Shown here piece after piece: positions 21,303-30,760 of a stretch of 64,000 nucleotides of DNA. Each line of letters starts with the position of its first letter. Positions within the stretch are counted from its first letter, which is position 1. The notes beneath the pieces are model-generated. The model was given only the letters and a program-made list of their open reading frames with translations, was not told the DNA's origin and made no database searches. A program made the position numbers and the translations under genes. This DNA is from an uncultured Acidobacteriota bacterium (GTDB taxonomy: Bacteria; Acidobacteriota; Thermoanaerobaculia; UBA5066; Gp7-AA6), in contig CAVXTP010000022.1 of NCBI GenBank assembly GCA_963764715.1, positions 656,665 to 720,664 of the forward strand. Direction: 5' to 3'.

Positions 21303-22295
21303 ATGGCCGACCTCGGAAAGTCACCGCCCGCCTCGGAAATCACACCGGAATCATTGGCAAGCGATCGGCGCCGGTTCCTGAAGAACTCGGCCCTCTTCGC
21401 GGCGACCGCGGCGGGAGTCGGCGGCGGTTTGGTCTGGCTGACGCACTCCGCCCGCGTGCGCCGCCCGGTTTCGGCCGCCGCTGCCGCTGGTGCGCCCACC
21501 ACGGCGGTTCCCGCCAAGGTTCCGGGTCCCTACGACACGACGGAGCCGCGGACTCCGTTCGCCGACGTGACGACCTACAACAACTTCTACGAGTTCGGAA
21601 GCGGCAAGGACGATCCGGCGCGCGAGTCGGCGGGCTTCGTCGCGCGCCCGTGGACCGTCGCGATCGGCGGCGAGGTCCACCGCTCGCTGCAGCTCGATGC
21701 CGACGACCTCATGCGGCGATTCCCGCTCGAGGAGCGCGTCTACCGCATGCGCTGCGTCGAGGCGTGGTCCATGGTCATCCCCTGGCTCGGCTTTCCCCTC
21801 GCGGCGCTCCTGAAGCAGGTCGAGCCCACGTCGAACGCGCGCTACGTCGCCTTCACCACACTCCTCGACCCGGCGCGGATGCCGGGCCAGCGCTCGCCCG
21901 TCCTCCACTGGCCCTACGTCGAGGGCCTGCGCCTCGACGAGGCGATGCACCCGCTCACGCTTCTCGCCGTGGGCCTCTATGGCCGCGCATTGCCCAATCC
22001 CAACGGCGCGCCCGTCCGTCTCGTCGTTCCCTGGAAGTACGGATTCAAGGGCATCAAGTCGATCGTGAAGATCGAGCTGACCCGCGACCAGCCGCGGGCG
22101 ACCTGGAACGAAGCGGCCCCGGACGAGTACGGCTTCTACGCCAACGTGAACCCGGCCGTCGACCATCCCCGGTGGAGCCAGGCCACCGAGCGCCGGATCG
22201 GGGACGTCGCCCGCCGGCCGACCCTCCCCTTCAACGGCTACGCGGAGCAGGTCGCGAGCCTCTACTCCGGGATGGACCTCCGGCGGAACTTCTAG
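21303..22295 (+). CDS. msrP: Protein-methionine-sulfoxide reductase catalytic subunit (Tat-exported molybdoenzyme)
   Basis: SEITPE, RRRFLK Tat motif, [28 protein letters not shown] and [10 protein letters not shown]. Confidence 0.96.
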   Translation: MADLGKSPPASEITPESLASDRRRFLKNSALFAATAAGVGGGLVWLTHSARVRRPVSAAAAAGAPTTAVPAKVPGPYDTTEPRTPFADVTTYNNFYEFGSGKDDPARESAGFVARPWTVAIGGEVHRSLQLDADDLMRRFPLEERVYRMRCVEAWSMVIPWLGFPLAALLKQVEPTSNARYVAFTTLLDPARMPGQRSPVLHWPYVEGLRLDEAMHPLTLLAVGLYGRALPNPNGAPVRLVVPWKYGFKGIKSIVKIELTRDQPRATWNEAAPDEYGFYANVNPAVDHPRWSQATERRIGDVARRPTLPFNGYAEQVASLYSGMDLRRNF

Positions 22296-22296
22296 C

Positions 22297-22908
22297 TTGG
22301 CCGCACGCCGCCCCTGGCTGAAGCCCGCCGTCTTCGCCGGCGCCCTCGCGCCGCTCGCGGCGATCCTCTGGAACGCCGCGCACCGCAACCTCGGCGCCAA
22401 CCCCATCGCCGAGGCGCTGAACGAGCTCGGCCTGACGGCACTGGTCTTCCTGCTCGCCTCCCTGGCCTGCACTCCTCTGCGCGAGGTCCTCGGCTGGACC
22501 TGGGCGATCGCGCTGCGCCGGATGCTCGGCCTCTTCGCGTTCTTCTACGCGCTCCTCCATGCCTCGACCTACACGGTCCTCGATCAGGGGTTCGCCTGGC
22601 GGGCGATCCTGGCCGACGTGACGAAGCGGCCGTTCATCATCGCCGGCTTTTCCGCGCTCGTCCTCCTCGTCCCGCTTGCCGCGACGTCGACGGCGGCCGC
22701 CGTACGGCGGCTCGGGTTCCCTCGCTGGAAACGGCTCCACCGCCTCGCCTACGCCGCGGGACTTCTCGCCGTCATCCACTTCTTCCTGCGCGTCAAGAAG
22801 GACATCCGCGAGCCCGCGGTGTACGGCGTCGTCCTCGGCGCGCTGCTTCTCGCACGGATCGTTCTCTATCTGAGAAAGCGCGCGGCGCGGGCCCCGGAGG
22901 CTGCCTAG
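22297..22908 (+). CDS. msrQ: Protein-methionine-sulfoxide reductase heme-binding subunit
   Basis: LGANPI, RRMLGLFAFFY..LH, KRPFI and WKRLHRLAY. Confidence 0.95.
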   Translation: MAARRPWLKPAVFAGALAPLAAILWNAAHRNLGANPIAEALNELGLTALVFLLASLACTPLREVLGWTWAIALRRMLGLFAFFYALLHASTYTVLDQGFAWRAILADVTKRPFIIAGFSALVLLVPLAATSTAAAVRRLGFPRWKRLHRLAYAAGLLAVIHFFLRVKKDIREPAVYGVVLGALLLARIVLYLRKRAARAPEAA

Positions 22909-22920
22909 GGTGCTCTACGG

Positions 22921-22973
22921 TGTAGGGGCGGCCCTTGCGGCCGCCCTCGTGCGGGGACGAGCCCCGCCCCTGC
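22921..22973. repeat. REP-like doublet between convergent genes
   Basis: TGTAGGGGCGGCCCTTGCGGCCGCCC (exact match to the 13485-13510 copy) plus an inverted variant of the second palindrome. Confidence 0.75.
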
Positions 22974-23005
22974 GCTTCCAGATCCTGGCGAGACTCAGGC
23001 GGACA

Positions 23006-23959
23006 CTAGGTCCAGTCGATCAGGATCTTCCCGACGTTCCGGTTCGCCTTCATCCTCGCGAACGCCTCCGCGGCGCGCTCGGTCGGGAACCGGGAGTCGA
23101 TCGAAACCGAGAGCGCTCCCGAATCGAAACCCGGCAGGATCTCGGCCCGAAACCGGCGGACGAGCTCGGCCTTCTCGGCGCGCGGCCGGGCGCGGAGCGT
23201 CGACCCGATGAGGCGCCCGCGCCGCCCCATGAGCGCGGCGATGTCGAGCATCGCCCGGGCCCCCGACATCGTGGCGAGGAAAACGATGCGGCCGCCGGTC
23301 GCGAGCACGCGCAGGTCCTCCGAGAGCGTGTCCGCTCCCACCGGGTCGAGGATCACGTCGCAGGCCGCCTTTCCCCACGCCGCCTCGACCGCCCCGGCGA
23401 ACCCCTCCGCGCCGGTCACGATGGCGAGCTCGGCGCCCGCCGCCTCGAGAGCCTGAACCTTTTCTCGAGATCGCGTCGTCGCGCCGACGCGGGCCCCGAG
23501 GAACCTGGCCGTCTGGATCGCGGCGAGGCCCACCCCCGACGCGCCGGCGTGCACGAGCACGGTCTCACCCTTCGCGAGGCCGCCCTCGATCGCGAGGTTC
23601 AGGAACGCGGTCAGGAAGGCTTCGGGGATCGCCGCCGCGTCGGCGAGCGGGAGGCCGGAAGGCGCCGGGAAGAGCTGGCCGCGCGGAACGGCGGCGAGCT
23701 CCGCGTGCGCGCCGCCGGCGACGAGCGCGCAGACCCTCTCCCCCGTTCCTTCGACTTCTCCCGACAGCTCGAGGCCGAGGATCGTCGGCTCGCCCGGGGG
23801 CGGCGGATAGTGGCCCGCGATCTGGTGGAGGTCCGCGCGGTTGAGGCCCGAAGCGGCGACGCGGACGAGCACTTCGTCGGGCCCGGGGACCGGGGCGTCC
23901 GTTTCGACGACCCTCGCCCGATAACCCTCGTCTCCGAGCTCCGCCTCGATCGCCTTCAT
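23006..23959 (-). CDS. NAD(P)H-quinone oxidoreductase (PIG3/zeta-crystallin family)
   Basis: GLNRAD..Q..G.YPPPPG, VLVHAGASGVG, GSTLRAR and GKIL. Confidence 0.93.
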   Translation of the reverse strand: MKAIEAELGDEGYRARVVETDAPVPGPDEVLVRVAASGLNRADLHQIAGHYPPPPGEPTILGLELSGEVEGTGERVCALVAGGAHAELAAVPRGQLFPAPSGLPLADAAAIPEAFLTAFLNLAIEGGLAKGETVLVHAGASGVGLAAIQTARFLGARVGATTRSREKVQALEAAGAELAIVTGAEGFAGAVEAAWGKAACDVILDPVGADTLSEDLRVLATGGRIVFLATMSGARAMLDIAALMGRRGRLIGSTLRARPRAEKAELVRRFRAEILPGFDSGALSVSIDSRFPTERAAEAFARMKANRNVGKILIDWT

Positions 23960-24168
23960 CGCCGCTCGTCCGCATCCGGCCGGGGAACGAACCCGGAGCA
24001 CTCGCCGACGGGCTGCGGCGGGTAGCGCTTGAACACCGGGCAGTAGATGAACTCCGACCGTTCCGTCCGGATGTAGCGCGGAGGCGCCGCGCAGGAGTGG
24101 CAGAGGCTGCCAGGGAACGGCCGCTCTTCGGCGCCCTCGTCGTCCGGCGGCGGCCCCGGACTCCTCAC
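23956..24168 (-). CDS. Small four-Cys protein (70 aa), hypothetical
   Basis: SLCHSC..RYIRTERSEFIYC..RYPPQPVGECSGF; GTGA and ATGA overlaps with both neighbours. Confidence 0.65.
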   Translation of the reverse strand: MRSPGPPPDDEGAEERPFPGSLCHSCAAPPRYIRTERSEFIYCPVFKRYPPQPVGECSGFVPRPDADERR

Positions 24169-26246
24169 CACACGCGGACGCGAGCCTCCGGCGCCAGGTA
24201 CAGCTTCTGCCCGGGCTTCACGTCGAACGCGGCGTACCAGGCGTCGTTGTTGCGGGCGATGTCGGCCCGGTACTCCCCGGGCGCGTGGCCGTCCGTCATG
24301 AGCTGGTTCCGAAGGGCCTCGGGCCGGTCCTTGGTTCGCCAGGCCTGCCCGAAACCGATGAAGAAGCGCTGGTCGCCGGTGAACCCGTCGAGGACCGGGG
24401 TCGAGGCGTACGCCGCGCGGTAGCCGTCGTAGGCGGCGGCCACACCCGCGACGTCCGCGATGTTCTCCGAGAGCGTCAGCTTGCCGTTGACGTGAAGGCC
24501 CGGCAGGGGCTCGTACGCGTCGTACTGCGCAACGAGCTTCTCTCCCACCGCCCGGAAGTGCGCCATGTCCTCGGGCGTCCACCAGTTGGCCAGGCGTCCG
24601 TCGGCGTCGAACTGCGCGCCCTGGTCGTCGAAGCTGTGACTGATCTCGTGCCCGATCACCGTCCCGATCGCGCCGTAGTTGCGGACGGGATCGCCGTCCG
24701 GGTAGTAGAACGGCGGATTCAGGATCGCGGCCGGGAAGTTCATGGCGTTCTGGAGCGGCAGGTTCACCGCGTTGACGGTCTGCGGCGTCATCGACCATTC
24801 GTGCTTGTCGACGGGCTTTCCGAGCTTTTCGCGGCTCCACTGGTACTCGAAGAGATCGGCGCGCTCCGCGTTGCCCAGAGCGTCGTCACGCCGGATCTGG
24901 AGGCCCGAGTAGTCCCGCCAGTGGTCGGTGTACCCCATGCCGACGTAGAGCGTCGCGACCTTCGCCTTCGCCTTCTCGCGCGTCGCCGGCGACATCCACT
25001 CGAGCTTGTCGATCCGCCGGCCGAACGCCGCGACGATGTTCTTCACCATCGTCTCGGCCTCGACCTTTGCCGACGGCGGGAACCAGCGCGCGACGTAGAG
25101 CTGCCCGACGGCGTCGCCGAGCCCGTCGCTCGCGGCGCTGACGGCGCGTTTCCACCGGTCGCGGGGCTTCCTGGCGCCGGAGAGCGTCGTGCCGTAGAAC
25201 CCGAACCACTCGTCCGCGAACGCCTTCGGCAGGAGGGGCGAGGCCCGGTTGATCGCGTGGAACGTGAGGTAGTCCTTCCAGACTTCGAGGGGCTCCTTGC
25301 CCGCGAGGGCCGCGAAGCCGGTCGTCGCCACCGGGTGCCAGACCATCAGCATCGGCTGGCCCGAGAGGCCGGCCGCGGCGAAGTAGGCGGCCCAGTCGAA
25401 ACCCGGCGCGCGCCGGGAGAACTCCGCGAGCGGCCAGGGATTGTTCGCCTTGAGGACGTCGATCGAGTCGGTGCGGCTGACGTGCACGTCCGCGATCTTC
25501 TTCTCGAGCGCGTAGATGCGCTCGGCCTTCGCGGGCGCGCCGGCGATGCCGGCGAGCTTCAGCGTCGCCGCGACGTGGTCCCGGTACTTGCCCTGCAGCT
25601 CCGCCGACTTCGCATCCGTGTTGCGGTAGTTGTCGCGGTCGGGCATGCCGAGGCCGCCCTGCAGAAGGTAGCCCGCGTACTTGTCCGGGTGGGCGAAGTC
25701 GGGCGCCGCCCACAGCCCGAACGGACGGCTGGTGTAGAAGTCGGTGTTGTTGAGAGCGTCCACGTCCGCGCGTAGCCCGGTCCCCAGGACGCGGGCCAGT
25801 CCGGCCCGGTCCTTGATCCCCGCGATCGCGTCGAGCTCGGCCTTGAGCGGCTCGAGCCCCTTCTTCTCGATCGCCTCCTCGTCCATCCAGGCGTCGTAGT
25901 AGGCGCCGACCATCGCCGCCGGCGAGCCCTCCGGCGCTTTCGCCTTGCCGGCCGCCTTGATGATGTCGGCGGTCCTCTTCGTGACCTCTTCCTCGACGAT
26001 CGTGAAGGACGCGTAGACCGCCCGGTCCGGGGGGATCTGGGTCGCCTTCATCCATCCCCCGTTGGTGTAGCCGTAGAAGTCGTCCCCCGGGAGGATCGAC
26101 CGATCCATTCCGGCGACGTCGACGGCGGGGGCCTTCTTTTCGGGCGTTTCGGCTTTGCCGGCCTTTTCGGGCTTCGCGCACCCCGGCGCCGAAGCGACGG
26201 CCGAGGCGACCAGCAGGACGAGGAGCGTTGTCGCGGACTTTCGCAA
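24165..26246 (-). CDS. M13 (neprilysin/PepO-like) metalloendopeptidase, exported
   Basis: PGDDFY, VNA, GHEISHSFD zinc motif, ENIAD and HAP; hydrophobic N-terminus; TTG start after GGAGG. Confidence 0.95.
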   Translation of the reverse strand: MRKSATTLLVLLVASAVASAPGCAKPEKAGKAETPEKKAPAVDVAGMDRSILPGDDFYGYTNGGWMKATQIPPDRAVYASFTIVEEEVTKRTADIIKAAGKAKAPEGSPAAMVGAYYDAWMDEEAIEKKGLEPLKAELDAIAGIKDRAGLARVLGTGLRADVDALNNTDFYTSRPFGLWAAPDFAHPDKYAGYLLQGGLGMPDRDNYRNTDAKSAELQGKYRDHVAATLKLAGIAGAPAKAERIYALEKKIADVHVSRTDSIDVLKANNPWPLAEFSRRAPGFDWAAYFAAAGLSGQPMLMVWHPVATTGFAALAGKEPLEVWKDYLTFHAINRASPLLPKAFADEWFGFYGTTLSGARKPRDRWKRAVSAASDGLGDAVGQLYVARWFPPSAKVEAETMVKNIVAAFGRRIDKLEWMSPATREKAKAKVATLYVGMGYTDHWRDYSGLQIRRDDALGNAERADLFEYQWSREKLGKPVDKHEWSMTPQTVNAVNLPLQNAMNFPAAILNPPFYYPDGDPVRNYGAIGTVIGHEISHSFDDQGAQFDADGRLANWWTPEDMAHFRAVGEKLVAQYDAYEPLPGLHVNGKLTLSENIADVAGVAAAYDGYRAAYASTPVLDGFTGDQRFFIGFGQAWRTKDRPEALRNQLMTDGHAPGEYRADIARNNDAWYAAFDVKPGQKLYLAPEARVRVW

Positions 26247-26326
26247 GATCCCTCCCTCTTCCGAGTCGGGGCAGAGCCTATATCGGCCGGCGGGATCCGA
26301 ATCCTTGGATAGTCCTCGGGGGGCCT

Positions 26327-26521
26327 TCAGGGCCGGGCGCCGAGCACCCGGGACGGCAGGAGAAAGATCGCCCGGACGAGCTGCAGCACGCCTTCGACCG
26401 CGAAGCCCAGGAGGCGGAACGGCAGCAGGAGGAGCCAGACCACCGGGTAGAGCAACAGCGCCATCAGCGCCAGGGGCCAGCACAGGAGAAACAACAGGAT
26501 CCACAGGAGGAACCTGGCCAT
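26327..26521 (-). CDS. Small hydrophobic membrane protein (64 aa)
   Basis: MARFLLWILLFLLCWPLALMALLLYPVVWLLLLPFR...; strong codon bias; visible only as the tail of a long shadow ORF. Confidence 0.8.
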   Translation of the reverse strand: MARFLLWILLFLLCWPLALMALLLYPVVWLLLLPFRLLGFAVEGVLQLVRAIFLLPSRVLGARP

Positions 26522-26529
26522 GCATGGAG

Positions 26530-26554
26530 ATACGCAGGACCGGGCTTCGAGTTC
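26530..26554 (-). promoter_or_regulatory. ECF-type promoter GAAC-N16-CGTAT, 8 nt before the ATG of the small membrane protein
   Basis: Shares spacing and CCTGCGTATC with 11717-11743. Confidence 0.55.
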
Positions 26555-26620
26555 GACCTCGTCGGCACCCTGGATTGCCTCTTCCGGCTCCGTCATAATG
26601 GCCGCGCACCCCGAAACTTC

Positions 26621-28996
26621 ATGCGCCCGCGCCCGATCCGCCTCCTCGGCCTCGTCCTCGCCGCCGGCCTCGCGTCGTCCGCCGGGCGCGCCGAGCGGCT
26701 GGAGCAGAAGGTCGATTCGTGGGTGCTCGAGACCGCCTCCCGGGGAGAGACCGAGTTCCTCGTCATGCTTCGCCCGCAGGCGGACCTCCGCGGCGCCCGC
26801 ACGCTCGCGGGAAAGGTGCCGAAGCGCGCGTTTGTGACCGACGCCCTGCGCGCGGTCGCCGACGGCACGCAGGCTCCCCTGCTCGCCCTCCTGCGAACCC
26901 GGGGCGCGGCGCATCGCTCGTTCTGGGTGGCGAACATGATCTGGGTCCGCGGCGGCCGGGCGCTCGTCGAAGAGCTCGCGGCGCGCGACGACGTCTTTCA
27001 CGTCTTCGCAAATCCCCGCGTGCACCTCGACGGGCCTGTCGACGCGGACTTTACGGCCGGCCCGGCTTCGCCCCGGACGATCGAGCCGGGCGTCTCCAGG
27101 ATCCACGCGCCCGACGTGTGGTCCCTGGGCTTCACGGGCCAGGGCATCGTCGTGGCCGGAGCGGACACCGGGTACCAGTGGGACCATCCCGCGCTCAAGA
27201 ACCAGTACCGGGGCTGGCTCGGCGGCTCGGCGGACCACAACTACAACTGGCACGACGCGATCCACGCGGGCGGCGGCTCCTGCGGAGCGAACGCCCCGGC
27301 TCCCTGCGACGACAACCTGCACGGCACGCACACGATGGGCTCGATGGTCGGGGACGACGGGGGAACCAACCAGATCGGCGTCGCGCCCGGCGCGAGGTGG
27401 ATCGGCTGCCGCAACATGGACCAGGGCAACGGAACGCCCGCGACCTATGCCGAGTGCTTCGAATGGTTCCTCGCGCCGACGAACCTCGCCGGCCAGAACC
27501 CGGACCCCTCCCGCGCTCCCGACGTGATCAACAACTCCTGGAGCTGCACCGCGAGCGAAGGCTGCACCGACCCGACGGCCCTCCTCGCCGTCGTCTCGAG
27601 CGCGCGCCTGGCGGGCATCGAAGTGGTCGTCTCGGCCGGCAACTCCGGACCGTTCTGCAGCACGGTCGACACGCCGGCGGCCATCTACGACGCCGCGTTC
27701 TCGGTCGGCGCGACCGACATCAACGACGTCGTGGCCGGCTTCTCGAGCCGCGGGCCGGTCGCCGTGGACGGCAGCAACCGCCTCAAGCCCGACGTCTCGG
27801 CTCCCGGGGTGAGCGTCCGCTCGAGCGTGCCGGGCGGAGGGTACGCAACCTTCAGCGGAACCAGCATGGCGGCGCCGCACGTCGCCGGTCTGGTGGCGCT
27901 GCTCCTGTCGGCCAACCCCGATCTGGTCGGGGATCCCGACGCTCTCGAGCCCTTCATCACCGCGTCGGCCGTGGCGGCGACGGTCAATCCCGTGCAGACG
28001 TGCGGAGGAATCGCGTCGACCACCGTCCCCAACAACTCGTTCGGCTGGGGACGCGTGGACGCTCTCGCCGCGGCCTGCCTGGCCACCCCGGCGCCGACCG
28101 GGGCCGCGGCCGATCCGGCCGGCAACGGTGTCTGGGAACCCGGGGAAACCGCGACCTTCGCGCCGTCCTACGCCAACGACTGCGCTGCGGACCTCGTGCT
28201 CGGAGGGACCGCCTCGAACCTCGCCGGGCCGGCCGGCGCCGCATACGGCATCGCGGACGCCTCGGCCTCGTACGGCGTCGTGGCGCAGGGCGTTCTCGCG
28301 AGCTGTCTCGACACCGGCGACTGCTACGCGGTGACCGTGGACGATCCCGCCGTGCGCCCCGCGGCCCACTGGGACGCCACGCTCGACGAGGCGCTTTCGA
28401 ACGGGCGCCCCGCGAAGTGGACCCTGCACCTGGGGCGGAGCTTCGCCGACGCGCCTCCCTCGAACCCTTTCTATGCCTTCATCGAGAACATCTTCCACAA
28501 CGCGGTGACCGGAGGCTGCGGCGGCGGCAACTTCTGCCCGGCGAGCCCGGTCGCGCGCAAGCAGATGGCGGTTTTCGTCCTGAAGGCGAAGGAGGGCGAC
28601 ACCTTCGTTCCCCCCGCGGCGACCGGAATCTTCACGGACGTGCCGATCGCCGACCCCTTCGCACCGTGGATCGAAGAGCTGTCCCGGAGGGGCGTCGTGG
28701 CCGGCTGCGGCGCGGGCCCGATGTACTGCCCCAACTCGCCGGTGCTCCGGCAGCAGATGGCGGTCTTCCTCGTGAAGACGCTGCTCGGCTCCTCCTACGT
28801 CCCGCCAGCCTGCGCCGGCGTCTTCGCCGACACGCCGTGCTCGAACCCCTTCGCTCCCTGGGTCGAGGACCTGGTCACGCGCTCGATCGCCGCCGGCTGC
28901 GGCGGGGGAAACTTCTGCCCGGGAAGCTCCGCGACGCGCGGCCAGATGGCGGCCTTCCTCGTCAAGACGTTCGGGCTCCGGCTCTACGGGCCCTAG
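26621..28996 (+). CDS. S8 subtilisin-like serine peptidase (bacillopeptidase F-like) with three SLH-like domains
   Basis: DTG, HGTHTMG and GTSMAAPHV triad; signal peptide; C-terminal GCGGGNFCP..R.QMA repeats. Confidence 0.93.
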   Translation: MRPRPIRLLGLVLAAGLASSAGRAERLEQKVDSWVLETASRGETEFLVMLRPQADLRGARTLAGKVPKRAFVTDALRAVADGTQAPLLALLRTRGAAHRSFWVANMIWVRGGRALVEELAARDDVFHVFANPRVHLDGPVDADFTAGPASPRTIEPGVSRIHAPDVWSLGFTGQGIVVAGADTGYQWDHPALKNQYRGWLGGSADHNYNWHDAIHAGGGSCGANAPAPCDDNLHGTHTMGSMVGDDGGTNQIGVAPGARWIGCRNMDQGNGTPATYAECFEWFLAPTNLAGQNPDPSRAPDVINNSWSCTASEGCTDPTALLAVVSSARLAGIEVVVSAGNSGPFCSTVDTPAAIYDAAFSVGATDINDVVAGFSSRGPVAVDGSNRLKPDVSAPGVSVRSSVPGGGYATFSGTSMAAPHVAGLVALLLSANPDLVGDPDALEPFITASAVAATVNPVQTCGGIASTTVPNNSFGWGRVDALAAACLATPAPTGAAADPAGNGVWEPGETATFAPSYANDCAADLVLGGTASNLAGPAGAAYGIADASASYGVVAQGVLASCLDTGDCYAVTVDDPAVRPAAHWDATLDEALSNGRPAKWTLHLGRSFADAPPSNPFYAFIENIFHNAVTGGCGGGNFCPASPVARKQMAVFVLKAKEGDTFVPPAATGIFTDVPIADPFAPWIEELSRRGVVAGCGAGPMYCPNSPVLRQQMAVFLVKTLLGSSYVPPACAGVFADTPCSNPFAPWVEDLVTRSIAAGCGGGNFCPGSSATRGQMAAFLVKTFGLRLYGP

Positions 28997-29062
28997 CCGA
29001 GGCCGAGCCTCCGGTGCAGCGCACGGAATCTCTCGTCGCTTCGGGTTCCTCGCGGGGACGCG

Positions 29063-30646
29063 TCAGTTCGCGACGAGCACGCCGGTCCGGCTCGGCTCCG
29101 CCTTCGTCGCCAGCACCGGCCTGTCGACCGATTTCCGATACGCATGAGCGTCGTGATCGATGGCGCCCGCCGGAAGCCAGTCCCACAGGGACCCCAAATC
29201 GTCGCGTATCCGATCGAGATAGAAGCCCGGAAGGTCGGTCGTCTCGCGATCGAAATAGCGCTGGACGTCCTTGTCGGCGTCGAGCCTCCGACGCACCTCG
29301 GCGTACCACTTGAGCCGGCCCGGACCCTCCGACGACACCCCCCGGACGACGTTCATCCATCGAGGGATCGTCATCCGGCCTGCCCGAAACCGCCGTGCGA
29401 TGGCGCGGCCGGAGAACGAATACCTCGTCAGGTCGATGACGCGGTCGTAGAAGTCCCGCCAGGAGTAGTTCTTCGGCTTGATGTTCATCGCGCCGTTGTT
29501 GTTCAGAAACGGAAAGGGGAACGAAAGCACGCGATCCTCGCGCTGGTACTGAAGGTTCAGCGGGGCCGCCCGCCCGAACGCCGACAGAAGCGAATACCCG
29601 GGAAAGACGCCTGGCGCAAGATCGACGAAGCGCTTCGTCAGCTCGAAAGGCTCCCCTCCCGCGTCCGAGTCGAGCCCGAGCACGAAGTTGGCCTGGACGT
29701 AGGGGACGTACCGGAGAATCGTGTTCACGTGATCCGACACCTGACGCACCTTGTCGATCCCCCGGAGCTGGCCGGTCTTCGACTTCCCGCCGAGCTCGTA
29801 CCATGACTCGACGCCGGGCAACAGTGCTTTGAATCCGCTCCGCTCGAGACGTTTCAGATGGGGCTCGGACAGAAGAGACAGACTGCTTTCCGCGACGAAA
29901 TCCATCCGGCCGGGCGGCACCGCCGCATCGATCGCGTCGAGGTAGTCGTCGAAGCGGACCCCGAAGTTCGGATCGTGCCAGCCGACGCGTGGATGCGCCA
30001 GGGTCTTGACCAGGAATCGCAGGTCGTCGCTCAGCTCCCCGAAGTCGAGGGGCTGATAGGGAACGACGGAATCGATGCAGAAACTGCAGGTATAGGGACA
30101 GCCCAGGCTGCCGATCATCGGCACCAGCTTGAAGAACGGGGCCTTCCGGAGCGTCGGCTCGATGAACTTCCAGCGTTCGCGCACGCCGGGAAGCGCCGCG
30201 GGCTGCTGCTTGGCCGCCAGGTGCATACCGAGCGGCCGATGGGGCGCGCAGTCGCGCAGCACCTCGCCGATTACGGCCTTGTCGGTCATGCCGAGGACGT
30301 AGTCGAAGTACTTCTGCGCGTCCTCGGGATAGCAGCGCGCGTGGGGCCCGCCGAGCACGGTGATCGCTCCGCGCGATCGAAACAGGTTGCTCAGAGCGTA
30401 CGCGAGAAACGCGGCCTCGGTAAACGCACCGATGAAGACGAGATCGACGTCGTCCGGCAGCTCATCCAGCAGGTTCTCGAGGCCGGTGTAGCAAATGAGC
30501 GTGACCTCGTGCCCTTCCGCTTCGCACCACACGCCGACCACCTGCGGCATGATGCTGGCGAGATTCGCGTTCATCACGCGCGCGTACAGGGCCCGGGTCG
30601 GGCCCTTGGCCACGAGATCGATGATGCCGATGCGGAGCTTACGCAG
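29063..30646 (-). CDS. Radical SAM protein with probable N-terminal B12-binding-like domain (start uncertain: CTG 30646 or TTG 30709)
   Basis: GCPYTCSFC (CxxxCxxC), VLGGPHA, GVES and FVLGLDSD. Confidence 0.85.
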   Translation of the reverse strand: MRKLRIGIIDLVAKGPTRALYARVMNANLASIMPQVVGVWCEAEGHEVTLICYTGLENLLDELPDDVDLVFIGAFTEAAFLAYALSNLFRSRGAITVLGGPHARCYPEDAQKYFDYVLGMTDKAVIGEVLRDCAPHRPLGMHLAAKQQPAALPGVRERWKFIEPTLRKAPFFKLVPMIGSLGCPYTCSFCIDSVVPYQPLDFGELSDDLRFLVKTLAHPRVGWHDPNFGVRFDDYLDAIDAAVPPGRMDFVAESSLSLLSEPHLKRLERSGFKALLPGVESWYELGGKSKTGQLRGIDKVRQVSDHVNTILRYVPYVQANFVLGLDSDAGGEPFELTKRFVDLAPGVFPGYSLLSAFGRAAPLNLQYQREDRVLSFPFPFLNNNGAMNIKPKNYSWRDFYDRVIDLTRYSFSGRAIARRFRAGRMTIPRWMNVVRGVSSEGPGRLKWYAEVRRRLDADKDVQRYFDRETTDLPGFYLDRIRDDLGSLWDWLPAGAIDHDAHAYRKSVDRPVLATKAEPSRTGVLVAN

Positions 30647-30760
30647 GGGAATCCCGGGGAACGCTGGGCGGCGGGATCCCGCTCGGGCGAAAGCGGGCGT
30701 TGTTCGCAAACGACATGCGGATGGACTAATGTATAACGACGGCGCCTGGGCCGGATTCGG

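Noticed and set aside
30647-30740. Cobalamin or SAM riboswitch upstream of the radical SAM gene
   Set aside because: Only short GC hairpins; too short and no recognisable aptamer consensus. An Rfam scan would settle it
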